From: Marsupella aquatica
Taxonomy: Eukaryota; Plantae; Marchantiophyta
Reading direction: 5' to 3'
DNA: 64,000 bases
Assembly (NCBI GenBank): GCA_973895155.1
Contig: OZ316893.1
Location: forward strand, 1,984,860-2,048,859
Part shown: positions 14,701-27,450 of the stretch, in pieces
How the letters are laid out: the number at the start of each line of letters is the position of its first letter
How positions within the stretch are numbered: position 1 is the first letter of the stretch
Notes under the pieces: generated by a model
What the model was told of the DNA's origin: nothing
Seen by the model: only the letters and a program-made list of their open reading frames with translations
The model's database searches: none
Position numbers and translations under genes: made by a program

Positions 14701-17700
14701 GTGTGTATGCACAAGAATGGTTGTGGCTAACTTGCTACTCAGAAATATAATCTAAATACTTAAAAAAACATTTGCCAGAGAAAATGTTTGTCTATTGTTT
14801 CACTCAGGTACTGAATTACAGAGTCTATAACTGACTATATCTAGATCGAACACCAATGCTTATGGACTGCAACTTTTGATTATAAAATAAATAAATGGAC
14901 TAGTATGTTTACCTCTAGTTGTGCACAGGAAGACCGGCTACCAACAAAATACTTTGCCATTCGACATTTTGTAGAGAATCTGGCCATTGGCTGTGATCAT
15001 AATAAACGGTGTCCTTGTCCACTTGAAGGCAGATCTCAGCAAAGCTCTTGACAATGCCTTGAGGGACAGGCGATATTCCCACATCTGAGGGAAGGATCAA
15101 GTTTGGGCCCGGTAGCTTCATGATCACAATTCATTTCATATACTTCTATGAAGAATTTGTTTGAACGTGAAAGAGGTCAACTTGGGTAAGTTTTGGTTCA
15201 TAAATTATGTATTAGAGTTGTAAGTAATGTGGCCAAATGGGGGGTGCCGAGGTGATGCTATTTACGCTCAGATACTACTAAGGATTGCAATAGGGAAACT
15301 GCCAGAAGGGCGTTAGGATCTGCTTCACTTTAAGTCATCGCACTCCTGCTAGAACAGAATGACGCAACATGAATTCACAACACTGGTCCCACAACCTCGA
15401 CCAGAGTTTCATAAGATGGGGCGAGAATTCATACTTACTTTGTTTTTGGGGTTTAACTGCAATGACCACCCTTCATTTCACTCTGAGTGTTCTAATGTAT
15501 AACTCTATGATACATGGACCAGAGGCTTCTAGAGGGGATTTAATCTGATTTTTACTTTTGCAGTTAAAAACCATACGTGAGCTTATTCAACAAGTTGTCT
15601 GCAAAATACAGTTCACTGAAAATATACCAAGCGCTCAAAGGTAGACCTTAAGAGCAAGTCGATAGATCGCTATTAATTCTTCTAAGAATTGTTTTTTTAA
15701 GGCATGAATGTTTTTGTGTTGTCTACATACATTTCATTATTCTCTGTTCTCTAGGGCATTTTAGTTTACAATTATGATGATTGTATTGAGATGAGCTGAG
15801 CATTACTTCGTCTCTCCTTTGTGTCGCCTTCTATCAAATAGGATGATTTCATGATACGATCCTAGTATCTCCAAAGATGCTACTTACTGTGACTTACGCT
15901 ACCAATGCCAGAGAGAATTGCCAATGCTTGCATCGGGATTACAATTGAAGTACATTGCGATTCCTGAATAATGCCACGATTTCGAGATCCTTTACAACGA
16001 TCTAAAACCTTGCAAAACATGAGTGCACTGTATGAGAGACTTTTATGAAAGAGATTTGCACGTCATGACGTGATTTTTTGAATGTCCCGTTCCCCACAAA
16101 GGCCTTCGTCCACCTGCCGTACCAGCTGTCACCATGACATGGTGAATATGTCTAGTGAGATTTTGGATTTGAAGGACGATCATATCGGATTTTAGTTGTT
16201 GAAAATATGAGCTGCAACTTCTCCACCGAGTATACGCAGATTCAGACATGGGCGTCATAGACATTCAAGTGGCTGAGATGACGACCATGATCACTACTTT
16301 ACCCTTGATCAAAATTCCAGTTATGAAAGAAACTACAGTGGATTGTGGCCAACCAATTTAGATGTTAGGGAAGCCATAGAAACACCACGAAATGCCAACA
16401 TACATTAGCACGGTGGAACTAAAGGAACCCTCCAAGAGATGGACCGAAACACCTTTAATAGAGAGCAAAACTTAAGCCTCATCACCACTTTGTCAAATGA
16501 AAGGAATCGAGGGTAGAAAGGTGAAAGTAAACCCCAAGAGAACATGATTCGACTTAGAGCAAGGTTGGGGGCAAATGGAGGCTTCCTCTCTTCCTCTGAG
16601 GTGGCCATTGTCTCTTTTGATGGTTTCTGGGTCACCATTGCGCTACGTGCATCTCACATGTAGATAGCAATACAATGCAGGCACTGAAAGGCTTCCCATA
16701 GTGTGCACTGAAATTCACTTGAGGTTTACTTTCTTTTCAACGAAGACATGGTGTGCCAAAAATGTATAGCCACCTGCACACGGCAAAAAATAGCGGTCAT
16801 TTGAGGTTTAGTTGTATCTGGCCAGGGTTTTGCAAGGTTTTCCTTCTCCATTCAAAACGCTGGACCGTTCCTGAGTTCCAACCCGTCTTTACAACTATTC
16901 TATCCTTTCACTCTACGATAGGTATTTCTTCTCTGTTGAAACAATGAAAATACTCATCCAACACTACCAAAATCTTATTCACTTCGAGACTAGAAGCGAG
17001 GAAGCTGAAGGAAACTCTTAAAACTCCATTACTATAAGCACATAGGCATATACGATTTTCAGGAGAAGTCAGCTCAAGCAAGCCAGGATTATTGGCTTCC
17101 TCCCTCGTGCCTTTGACAGGGGGATTGTCACCCTTGTGTTCCACGCAAGGGGGTGTCCATCCAATGGAAATAATGAAATGAAATGCAAGGAACAGTGTCT
17201 TTTCTGATTTCTCTAATGCAATGAAATTACATGAAATGAAATCCACGGAACAGTGGTCTTTCCCTTCCTTCTCTAAATAGAGGGAATGGTCTTTCCTTCG
17301 TGGAAGTGTGCTGTTTGCGTGAGACTGGATGGCAGTCGAATAAAAGTACCAAATATTTTCCTACAGCACAAAAATCTTGTAAACCGCCGACTGATATGTT
17401 TCTATGTTCCTCTGGCCCACCAGCATCTTCACATGGGCTCAGTGTGGCCCCAGGTCACGGAATTGACATCATCCCATACATTTATCCCTAAATGTACCAA
17501 CCAACGCTCAAACCACCACCACCCTCTTTGTGGCCCCCAGCTAAGCTCAGATATGAAAACATCTGGATACCTGAAAATGGGCCAACCAGATTGGAGCCAG
17601 TGGTGCCTAGATGTGTATGGCCCCTCAAACCTCAAAAACTAAGGGTCACACAGCCAGATCAGCTGCAGATCTTAGGTTGGCTTTACAAGAAGTTAGAGCA

Positions 17701-20700
17701 CTTCTGTTCACTTTTTACCAAAGTGAATTGGAGGGTCACTTCATCTTCTAAAGACAGGCCTCACAACATTTGTTTTGAAACGAAGTTCAATTAATGCAGG
17801 TCCCTTTACTAGAGGAGCCAAAAGTTTGCAAATGTTAGGATTACCCATAGAGGTGGTTTAAAATTCTATAAAGAATAAGCACTCCACATCAGCATATACT
17901 TGGGCCCACTCCTTGCCATTTAGTATTGGTAGTTACCAATACCTGAATGGGCCCCTATTTCTTGTGAAGCCAACTGCAACTGTATCCACTCATTATATCG
18001 TAATATATCTTCTTTATCGTGTGGGCAAGAAAATGGGCCCACAAGTCTTGTAAAGCCACCCTTGTTTCCATCCTAAGGAAATGGGATGAGGGTGGGGGGA
18101 TTTAAGATGCCTGAGTCCAGATGTGTCAGGTCTGGAGATAATAAATGCAAGACCCTAAGTAGAAATGGCCTGTTGGTCCATTCTTTTAGACCATCCCATT
18201 TGTTAACATGACCACAAGCATTTTCATTTTGGAGAAAATTGTGTTTTCATGAGGGCCAACATGAACAAACTATTTCTATCCAACCAAATATGTGATCATC
18301 TAAACCCTCCATCTTGAGAGAAACAAGTCACCACCTCTAGTACCTTGCTGGCACAAAGTTGAATTGCTCAGAGAGCTCTTCAGTTGGGTCAAGTCTATAA
18401 AAAAATTGCTTACACTTCTTACCTAGCACTTTTGAACAAATTGACCATGTAAGTGGATATAATGAACCACATTAATGTCAAATGAAGAATTGTGGGCACG
18501 ACTACCATAGTTGGTCTCACTGTACTCGGAAAATGATGAAGGTGAGATGTGCAATCACCATATCAATTCACTAGCAAGACTTAGGTTATGAGTGGAATAT
18601 AGGATCATTGTTACTAATATATAAGAGATAAGAAGATATTAGTATGTGAAGATTTGATATGGCCATCAAACCTTGATCAATATAGTTCTTTTGTGTGTTC
18701 CCATGGACGTGAACACTTGTGAGATGAACCAAATATCTCTGGTGTCAACTACTTGTGTGTTTGTTAGATGATGCACATGTGCATGCTTTCTTTGAGTAGT
18801 GTTTTACTCAAGAATTGATATTAAAGCCATTTACAATGGCACATTTTAACTTTTGGTTAAGAAATCTAACTATGGTTTGTTAGGAATTGACTCTCAAGTT
18901 CCCGGCTTTAGTTAGTTTGGTCATACTAGGGTTAGTTAACCCTTGGTTCCAGTAGGATAAGATCCACTTAGATTAGACCCACCCATCTCAGGTCCCATGA
19001 GGGTTATAGGTTGGAAGGAGAACATTCTCTCCCTCATTCTTCAGGATCATAATGGAGAAACACCTGAAGGATCCACAACATTGGATAAGTGTTTTGTAGG
19101 ACTTCAATTGTCCATTTAGCTCGGTTTTGGTGGTTTGTTAGTTGATGGTCACAAAGAGTGACAGATGTATTTGTTTAATTTGAATGGTGGGAAACCAATC
19201 CTGAAAACCAAAACATGCGCAACAAGGACAGAGCGATGGATTGGTGCCATAGTCACAATAATCACTTTTGCGCCACACTGCTTAGTAGGTAGCATTCCAA
19301 GGGTCTGAACCTGGGTAGCACAAAATAATTCCAAACATTAGTTACTCAACAAAGCTACAGTACTAAGGTTTACTCTGACTGTTGTGCTATCACTTGCCTG
19401 CAGATGTTTCTGTCCTTAGCCTTTTATAAAGCTTTTTGGGCTGTTCTTTTTACCTTTTGGCCGCTCATTGGATTAGTCAAGTGGTGGTGGCTCTTTTTTG
19501 GACATTGTCTTTCCTTCTAGGGACCAACCTGTACTCTAGTATACCATTTCTACATATGCTTTCAAGGCCAAAAGGAAAAGTGAGAGAAAGGAAACGGGTG
19601 TGGGGTTGGGATAGAAAGATCTACACTATTTTGTGATCAAAATCTATCATCCATGACCCACACTCCATAAAGTGAAGGGATAGACCCTATTTCTCTGGAA
19701 CAGAAAAGTTTAATATTTAGACAATGCTAGGGAGGAGGGACCAGCATCGGGAGTCTGGGTACAGGCCCCCTCCTGTGAGTATCTTCAGCCCAACAAGGTT
19801 TTGCTTATTGGGTACATTAAATACTGAATCTGGGAACGTCCTTTTGGGGAGTTCAATGTAAATATCTTTTGTGGAACTAAAAAGCAGCCCCAACTCTGAC
19901 AGGATATTTTTCCTAAACAATAGGTATTGGCATGACAACCGCAGATTGAAATCTTCAACACCCGGTGACTAACCCAGCAAGGAGCCAAATACTATATAAT
20001 CTCTTCCATATAGAGATCCAGTCAACACTCGACAACACTAACAAATCTCCATTGGGTTAAAGGTGCTATGAGCAGGAATTAAGACGGGGGTGAGATGGCT
20101 GGAGTGTATACTTTGAATGCACTGCTCCAGGAGTAGTACACTTTGGATTTGCTGCAACCCTCTCCAAGAATTGGAGTAGAGATGAAAATAGGCAAATGGA
20201 AAGACTCCAATTTGGAGCTATGTATGGAACATACTAACATAACACTAAAATCAATGATTACCGTGAAAACAGAGTATGCATGTTATGAAAGAATGATTGT
20301 GATTGTAATGGTTTAGTTTGACTTGCTTGATTGAATGTATTCTTTGGCTATATTACTGTCCAAATATTTTCATAGTATGTCCAACTTATATTTTTCACAC
20401 CCAATTAGTGACATGATTACACTTGACAACACATTCATGGTGTCAGGCAACATTATTGGTATCCATCGTCCCATCACAAACGATGTGAGCATATTTCCAA
20501 AACCACTCACAATTACTGTTAATGCAAATATAGTGTTAGTAATTACAAGAGTGTTGTTAATGGCTTTGAAAGGTTTGCAGGCTAGACAATGTTGAGAAAA
20601 CTTAAGACAATATAGTGACAACATGCACATGTGACACTCAAACAAAAAATTAGTTGAGATACGTAATTCACCTCTAATGACGCTACATCCACGGGAACAC

Positions 20701-21349
20701 ATAAGAGTTTTATTATGCTCTAGACTAATTAACTTAACAAATCTCCATAACACAAACTCTCCCTATCTTTCAAGGTACTTCATAAAAATGAGCATAATTT
20801 CCTTCTCACAAGTGACGCTTGCTTGTGTATAGAGTACCCAATAGAGTATTCAGCACAGCTAATTTCTATCTGTGAATTGGGTCAATAAAACTGGGGACTA
20901 AATGCCATTTTGGCTCAGCAAGCAGCATTGGTAGGTCTACTTTTCCGGTATTTTTCTAATAAGTTCCAGGAATGTTGTTAGGCTGAGTGACTGGGGTTTT
21001 ATTTCTCCCATTTAGTATAAATTTGCAAAAATCAGATTAGGGCCCCCAGCATTTTTACAGTTGCAAAAACTTGCTAACTCCCCAAAACTTGCATCTTAGT
21101 GAAAATTCTTTGCCACATTTGGTGAAAGTTCTCTACTCTTCCATTGGTCACAATTTGATGGTTATTCTCAAATCCACCGGAATCTGACGATGAGAATTCA
21201 ATCTAAGAAAATTGGATAAGCCTTAATATCCTAAGCATCTTGGCCACACTAGCAAAAACGACCCAAACTTGAATTTTTTTAGCTGAGGGCTATGGTAACC
21301 GGAGTCTGGACTTAACAACCTGGTGAAGCGGGACGACTGGCTTAACTCT

Positions 21350-22660
21350 GACCTGGCACGGCAAGGGGCTCCGGCAGCATCGGTCAACTGGCCACAGAGA
21401 TCTATAAGTTAGAATTTAATCTATGAAAACTAGACAATAAATCACCTTCTCTTTCACACAAGGTCACATTTGCCACTCTGGCAAAAACAAAAAGGATGGC
21501 AAGGGGCTCTGGCAGCATTGACCAACTGGCAACATAGATCTAAGTGTCAGATGCATTTAAAGAAATTGCACAATGAATCAAATTCTCCTTCACACAAGGT
21601 CACATTGGCCACTCTAGCAAAAAAGAGCAGAAACCGTCTAAATTGAAGCTAAGGACCACAATAACGGGGGTCAGGACGTGTCGACCAATGAGTGCAAACT
21701 TGTGAAGGACCCCCTGAGTAGTTTGGGCAGGCGTAATGATTTACCACTTTGGGGAAGGCCTCCCTTAGTAGTTTAAGCGTGAGCCTCAACTTACCACCGC
21801 ATAAATCAATGGAAACTCGCTGTGAACGGTAAGGAGCCCAATTACAGCTCACACTTTGGTCGAAACTGTAAAGAGTGCTATAGAGCATTTTTGGGTGTGA
21901 CGAGCAAGTCCATATCCCAACTTCAGAAGTCCACGGGACTTCAGAGAAAACCCCTTGGTCCATCCAGACTTGACTTTCCCTATCAACAATGTCACACTTG
22001 CTACCATCGAAAAAAAGGGAAAAAAAGCCTCGAACATGGCAAGGAAACCTTGAAAAATATGTTGAGATCGAACCATGGTAAACCACAGTCAGGATCTGTC
22101 ACCCTGGCAAGGTGGGTAGGCCCCACTAAACTCCGGCCTGGCCCGGCTTGGGGCTCCGGCGGCATCCATGAACTGGCAACATAGATCTAAGACCCAGAAA
22201 TTAATCCAAGGAAATTAGGCAATGAGTCATGTTAATTCTCCTTCAACAAGGACACATTCGTTACCATCGTAAAAAAGAAAAGAAAAAACCTTGAGAAATT
22301 AGTTGAGGACAACGGTAGACCTGAGTCAGGTTCGGAGTCAGGTTCGGAGTGAGGCTCGGAGTTAGGATCGGAGTCAGGTTCGGAGTTGGGATCTGTCGAC
22401 CTGGCTAAGCGGGTCGACCCGGTAAGATCCTGGCCAGGCCCGGGAAGGGGGTCCGCCGGCATCAGTCAACCGACAACAGAGATCCCTGAAAACAGTGCCC
22501 GATGTGGCCGACTTGTAGGCTGAGCGAGACCGGCGGAGGATTTCGGCAGGGCAGCGATCGCCGCAAGCTCCCGCCAGTAGAAACAAAACACGGCAGCGGG
22601 CAGGCAGACAGACAGGCGAGAGAGCACGTTAAAAGAGGAAAAAAGGCAGCAAAGCACCGA
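21350..22660. repeat. Dispersed repeat with internal repeated modules, probably DNA-transposon subterminal sequence
   Basis: The module GGCAAGGGGCTC(C/T)GGCAGCAT...AACTGGC...AGATCT recurs at about 21360 and 21498, with a partial copy at about 22150. The motif CACACAAGGTCACATTTGCCACTCTGGCAAAAA is mirrored in reverse complement at about 54670-54705. Six tandem 12-bp GAGTCAGGTTCG-like units lie at 22323-22394. Confidence 0.6.
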
Positions 22661-22697
22661 AACTCTACGGCAGGATACCGTAATCCAAAACCATGCC

Positions 22698-22704
22698 TAT
22701 ATAA
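22698..22704 (+). promoter_or_regulatory. Candidate TATA box (TATATAA)
   Basis: CCTATATAATT lies about 140 bp upstream of the hairpin at 22842, at the start of a unique CpG-containing island. Confidence 0.35.
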
Positions 22705-22841
22705 TTATGGAAAGCGACCGTATTATGATGACCGTAGTTTCCGACAGTACGTACGGGCATCTGAAACGTGCGCACTCATTGCTGTCCCTGGGCAGGGACG
22801 AATAGGGACGGGCAACCTGGGCAGGGCCGAAAGACACTTCG

Positions 22842-22902
22842 ATGCCATGCATTGACATGTCGGGTACAGCCTCGCTGACTCTGACATGACAAAGCATGGC
22901 AT
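22842..22902 (+). ncRNA. Candidate pre-miRNA hairpin
   Basis: ATGCCATGCATTGACATGTCGGGTACAGC-CTC-GCTGACTCTGACATGACAAAGCATGGCAT forms a symmetric 29-position stem with 23 Watson-Crick pairs, 2 G:U pairs, 4 mismatches and a 3-nt loop. It has no TSD and does not match a conserved miRNA I recognise. Confidence 0.5.
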
Positions 22903-23045
22903 GTCATGTAGACCGGTCTGGTACTGTATGGGATGGAATTTGATCGCATCTGAACTGACGGGGCAGCAGGAGTAATTTGTAGTTTTGTCCCGTTCGAAGG
23001 AACGGAACGAAGGGGAAAAAGGAAGGAAGAGAAAGGAAAGAAAAG

Positions 23046-26000
23046 GTCTTAATTTTTCAATTTCTTCGAGTATTATCCCAGCTCAATACATGTCAGATCA
23101 CCATCCCATTAGCATCTGTGGGATTTCAGGGGATAAAAACATGTTTCCTTCAAGATACAAAATGAATTCCGCTCACTTCAAGGACGATTCATTTCGTACA
23201 CAGATGATTGCGCTTCTGGTGAATGAAGAATGCAAACTTCAGAGAAAGAAGATCCCACCAGATAAAGGCTTGGAGATTTGTCTTAAGCGTGCTACGAATA
23301 TGGCAAGAGCCTGGGGGAAAAAAAAAGCAATGAATAAGGCTGCGCATCTGTATGACCTATCATCTAAACTGGCGCAGGCTCAAATCTTACTGGAATTGTC
23401 TCCACAAGATGTTGAGTTACAGAGTTTACACTTGGAATGCCAGCAGAATCTGAAGCAAGTTGAAGATGCGAAACTTAGGTGGATCCAAGAAGCGGTCAGA
23501 ATGAACTGGATTCAACAAGGTGATAAATGCACCAAATTACAGTTTAACTCTTTTAAGGCACAAGCAGCTGCGATTGAGCTTAAAGGCCTTTACGATAATC
23601 AGGGTCAGGTACAAAAGGATTGGGATGCCATGGCGCAGATTGCAACCAACTTTTATACTTCGCTTCTTTCCTCGAAGCACTCACCATCGGAGGAAGAATT
23701 GTCCAAAATCTTGGACCAGGTGACTACCCAGATCACGATTGATGAGCGTCTGGGATTGGAAGCAGAATTGACCATTGGTGAAATACATACTGCCACGATA
23801 GCCTTGGGGAAAAATAAAGCCCCGGGTCACGACGGGGTTCCAGCTGAATTTTTCCTTGACTTCTGGGATCATCTTGGTCCCATGTTACTTGCGGCTATAC
23901 AACAAGGTATTACGCAAAAGAAATTCAGCAAGCATTGGTTAAAAGGGCTCATTATCCTTCTTCTAAAAAAAGGAGATGAATTCAAGATTGAGAATAAGAG
24001 CCCAATTTCTCTGCTGACAGTGGTTTACAAAGTAAGTACAAAAGTCTTTCAACTAAGGCTTCTTCGAATCCTGAATAGAATCATCTCCCATCAGCAATAT
24101 GCATATCTCCCTGGCAGATCCATTCATCATACCATGCTTCTCACTAACGAAATGGTCTCACAGGCCATGACGTTACCAGATCCATATGTGTGCATTAAGT
24201 TGGATGTCATTAAAGCATTTGATAGTGTGGAATGGTCCTTCATTATCAGAATGTTGGATAAAATGGGTTTTGGAGAATTCTTTATCGACTTCTTTCGGGC
24301 AATTACTCATAATGCATCTTCGGCCATTATGATTAATGGGCGAATTACCAAATCCTTTAAAATCACAAGATCGGTCCGACAGGGGTGTCCTATCTCTCCA
24401 CTTTTCTTCATTCTAGCGATTCAAGGATTGGATGCTTTACTTACGAAGAAACTTTCTGATGGACTTCTGGAAGGGATTCGATTCCAGGAGGTGGGATTAC
24501 ATATTGCACATCAATTCTATGCCGACAATACCACTGTAATTTTGAAAGGGGATCGCTACAACATTGACAGGTGTAAAGCATATTTTGAGGATTATGCGGT
24601 GGCTTCTGGGTTGGCGTGTAATTGGGAGAAGGTGACGGCAGTTCTTCTCAGCTCTGCGCCTCTTCCACACGATCTTGAGGATTTGGGCTGGACTTGGGAA
24701 AGTTCAGGTCACTATTCTGAACTTCTTGGTTTTGCATTCGGTCCAGTTGGGATTGATCATGATGGAACTCTGGCTCATATCATGGCGGTACTTACTAAAA
24801 AACTACAGCTGGCAAAGACTCGCCCACTCTCATTCATGGCTCGGGTTTTGGTTGTTAATCATATTATGATGGGGTCGTTGTGGTACATTCTTACTCTTTG
24901 GAGTGGTTCGGATCGAGAGTTACACAGAATCAAGATGCTGTTGATTGATTTTTTATGGGCGGGCCAGGAAACGTCAGCTTATCACAGGATTAACTTTACT
25001 CTCTTGTCCCTACCTAAGAAGGAAGGGGGTATTGGCTTAATCTCTTTTGAGCATCAAGTATATGCTCTATCTGCACGATTCATTTTTTTTGCAGTATCAG
25101 GAGGTCAACATCCATTACAAATTTTACTTCATGACCGAATCTTACACTTATCTTCACACAAATGGGGAGTTTTGGATGACTCATGGGTCTATAACAGATG
25201 TCGGACTCTTCCATCATCTGGTTCTGTTATCTGGAAATCTATTTGCCGTTCTTGGAACAAAATGAAATCATTCTTGGATTTCAATCTTCCGGCCAATACA
25301 CATATGATGTTACAACAATCTATCTGGTCCCCTTCAGTCAATCATGTGGAGCTTCAAAAAGTTGGCTGTAAATCTCTTCAACAACGTCAATTATTTACCT
25401 TGGGTGTCCGTTGCTGGAAAGATGTTTACTCGACTTCTCTGATCCCTAAATCCTGGGAGGAGTTAGTTAGCATGGGGGCTATGCAGAGAGGAATCAGAGC
25501 TTATTCATCGCTGATCAATAATGCAAGATTCCCGCTTGTCTCGTTGGGTGACCCAGAGACGAAGTGTAAGGTTCTTATATCGACTACCCCGATTATGGAA
25601 GGTAATTTAGCATGGGAATTATCTATTCCAAATTGTGATATGAAGGACCATTGGTTGCCGAATGATATTCCGGGAGGCTTCATCCTACGTTTCTTCTTTC
25701 GAATGGTGTTCTTCAAAAAATTGATCGCTCTCCAGTCATTGATTCCCCACTGTTTAGTATGATCACAGGTCGTGCTAAAAATTGGTCATCACATAAATTC
25801 GGGATCGGATTAATTGGGACTGTTTCCATGGTCGGTATGTCACACTATTTTCGTTGGAAGGACGGGAATGATTTCTTCCATGCGTCCACTAGTAGCCTTC
25901 GTAAGCTTTTACATCAAAAAAATTCGGTGCAATTTGGAGGTTTACAGAAGTGGAGAATGCAGATTCGACATGTCTTTGAGACTAGAAGCATTTGGTGCAG

Positions 26001-26661
26001 CACTTGGAAGAAGTTCCGGGAAGAGAAAGTGAATTTCTTTTTGTGGCAAATTGCTCACCATATTATTGCCACTAACAATTTCATTGGAAGGAGATAAACA
26101 CGCAGGAATGAGGACAGGGTGATCATTCCTTTCTCAAAAGCGGATGAGGAGTGGTGGTGTAAGAGGTGTGAGGGAGAATTTCACGAGGATATTCTGCATT
26201 GCCTTTGGGCCTGCTCTGAATCGGTCAAGATTTGGTCTTGGGTTAAGCAGCTGATGATACATGCCGTTGATTCACAAAACTCTTCTTTTGACTTTTCTGC
26301 AGCACATGTGTTGTTGGGCACACCATGTTTTTCACTTTGCAGATCTTTTCCTATGTTTCTTTGGCATCTTATTCGTGGAATCACCTGTTGGCAATTATGG
26401 AAGGCTCGTTGTTCTTTGGTTAAAGAGAAGTTGCGGATTTCTGTCAGAGGGATTCAGTGTAAAATCTGGCATGAGATTCGTCTTCATATGAAGATCTCTT
26501 GGAACAAAGGGTTAAAACTGATCGACAAATCTAATCCATGCAGAAGAGGACTTCTTGGTCGTATGAAGAGAGACTTTGGTCGTATTGATGGACTATACTC
26601 TTTACAGGATGACATGCTGGTTGTGGATGTAAGCCCACTATGGTTTTTTGAACCACCTTGA
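23046..26661 (+). pseudogene. LINE ORF2 (APE C-terminal end, reverse transcriptase, zf-RVT/CCHC), disrupted
   Basis: Motifs SDHHPI, KAPGHDG, LDVIKAFDSVEW, VRQGCPISPLFF, YADN (canonical YADD), LPKKEGGIG and CKRC...EDILHCLWAC. One frameshift lies between 25666 and 25760, and an in-frame TAA at 26095-26097. The first ~20 codons of the 925-aa ORF are host flank. Confidence 0.93.
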
Positions 26662-27042
26662 ATTTGTTTTAGTCTGTTCGTCCTGGCGCCTCGCATGTGA
26701 GGTTGTTACAGGTTTAGGTGTAGTGACTTTGTTCAGTTGGATTATCCTTTCTTCTGGATTTTCGTCTGGGTTCAGTGCTTTCAGTTCTAGTACATTGCTA
26801 GTTCTCTTCCTGGACTTTTGGTTGAGTTAGCCCTCACAGCTGTTTTGCTTTTTAGCTTTTTTGGTGGGGGACTTTAGGTCTCCTTTTTACTCTACCTTTT
26901 CATCCTGTCCCTCTTTTCTGGATGCGTCTGGCTTATGAGTGGTGTCAGCCTTCGCCCTGTTGTGGGTCTGGCTTTTTTACTCCCTGGTTTATTGGGATTT
27001 ACTTTTCTTATGAGTAAAATGTTCCTTTCAAGGAAAAAAAAA
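23046..27042 (+). mobile_element. 5'-truncated L1/Tx1-clade LINE retrotransposon
   Basis: 14-bp TSD AAAGGAAAGAAAAG (23032-23045 and 27043-27056), an A-tail at about 27034-27045, and a T-rich 3' UTR at 26662-27030. ORF2 carries the end of the endonuclease, the RT and a CCHC finger. Confidence 0.95.
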
Positions 27043-27194
27043 AAAGGAAAGAAAAGAGACGGGGGCGGGCAGCATGGAAGCTTTCCTGTAAATATGCTGA
27101 GAAACGAAAGTAAGACATTTCCATGGCAGGGCACGAGGGCAGAAGAGGGTCGAGCGGAATGGATAGAGAATTTTGTTTAGAGAGGAACAAACGG

Positions 27195-27450
27195 GCAGGG
27201 CAGGGCAGGGCGGGGAAGGTCAGGGGACCGTCAGCCGGTCAGGACAGGGCAAACGTGGTTGTACAGAGTAAAGCATGGCAAACTTTGATACCGATTGAAA
27301 TGAATGGGCATGCGGCCGGGCAGGTATAAATACATGATTTGGCTTGATGAATGCATGTCATTTGATTTGGCATCTTGTAGCTGAGCTGGGCAGGGCAGGG
27401 CAGGACTGGGCGGGCAGCAGGGCAGCAGGGCAGAGCAGAGCAGGGCAGCG
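27195..27450. repeat. (GGGCA)n/(GAGCA)n simple-repeat patch containing a TATAAATA motif at 27325
   Basis: Repeated GGGCA/GAGCA pentamers. The same motif appears on the opposite strand at 34775-34980. Confidence 0.7.

Noticed and set aside
22985-23045. N-terminus of the 925-aa ORF as a real protein start
   Set aside because: It starts at a TTG in host flank and includes the TSD. The LINE is 5'-truncated within the endonuclease domain.
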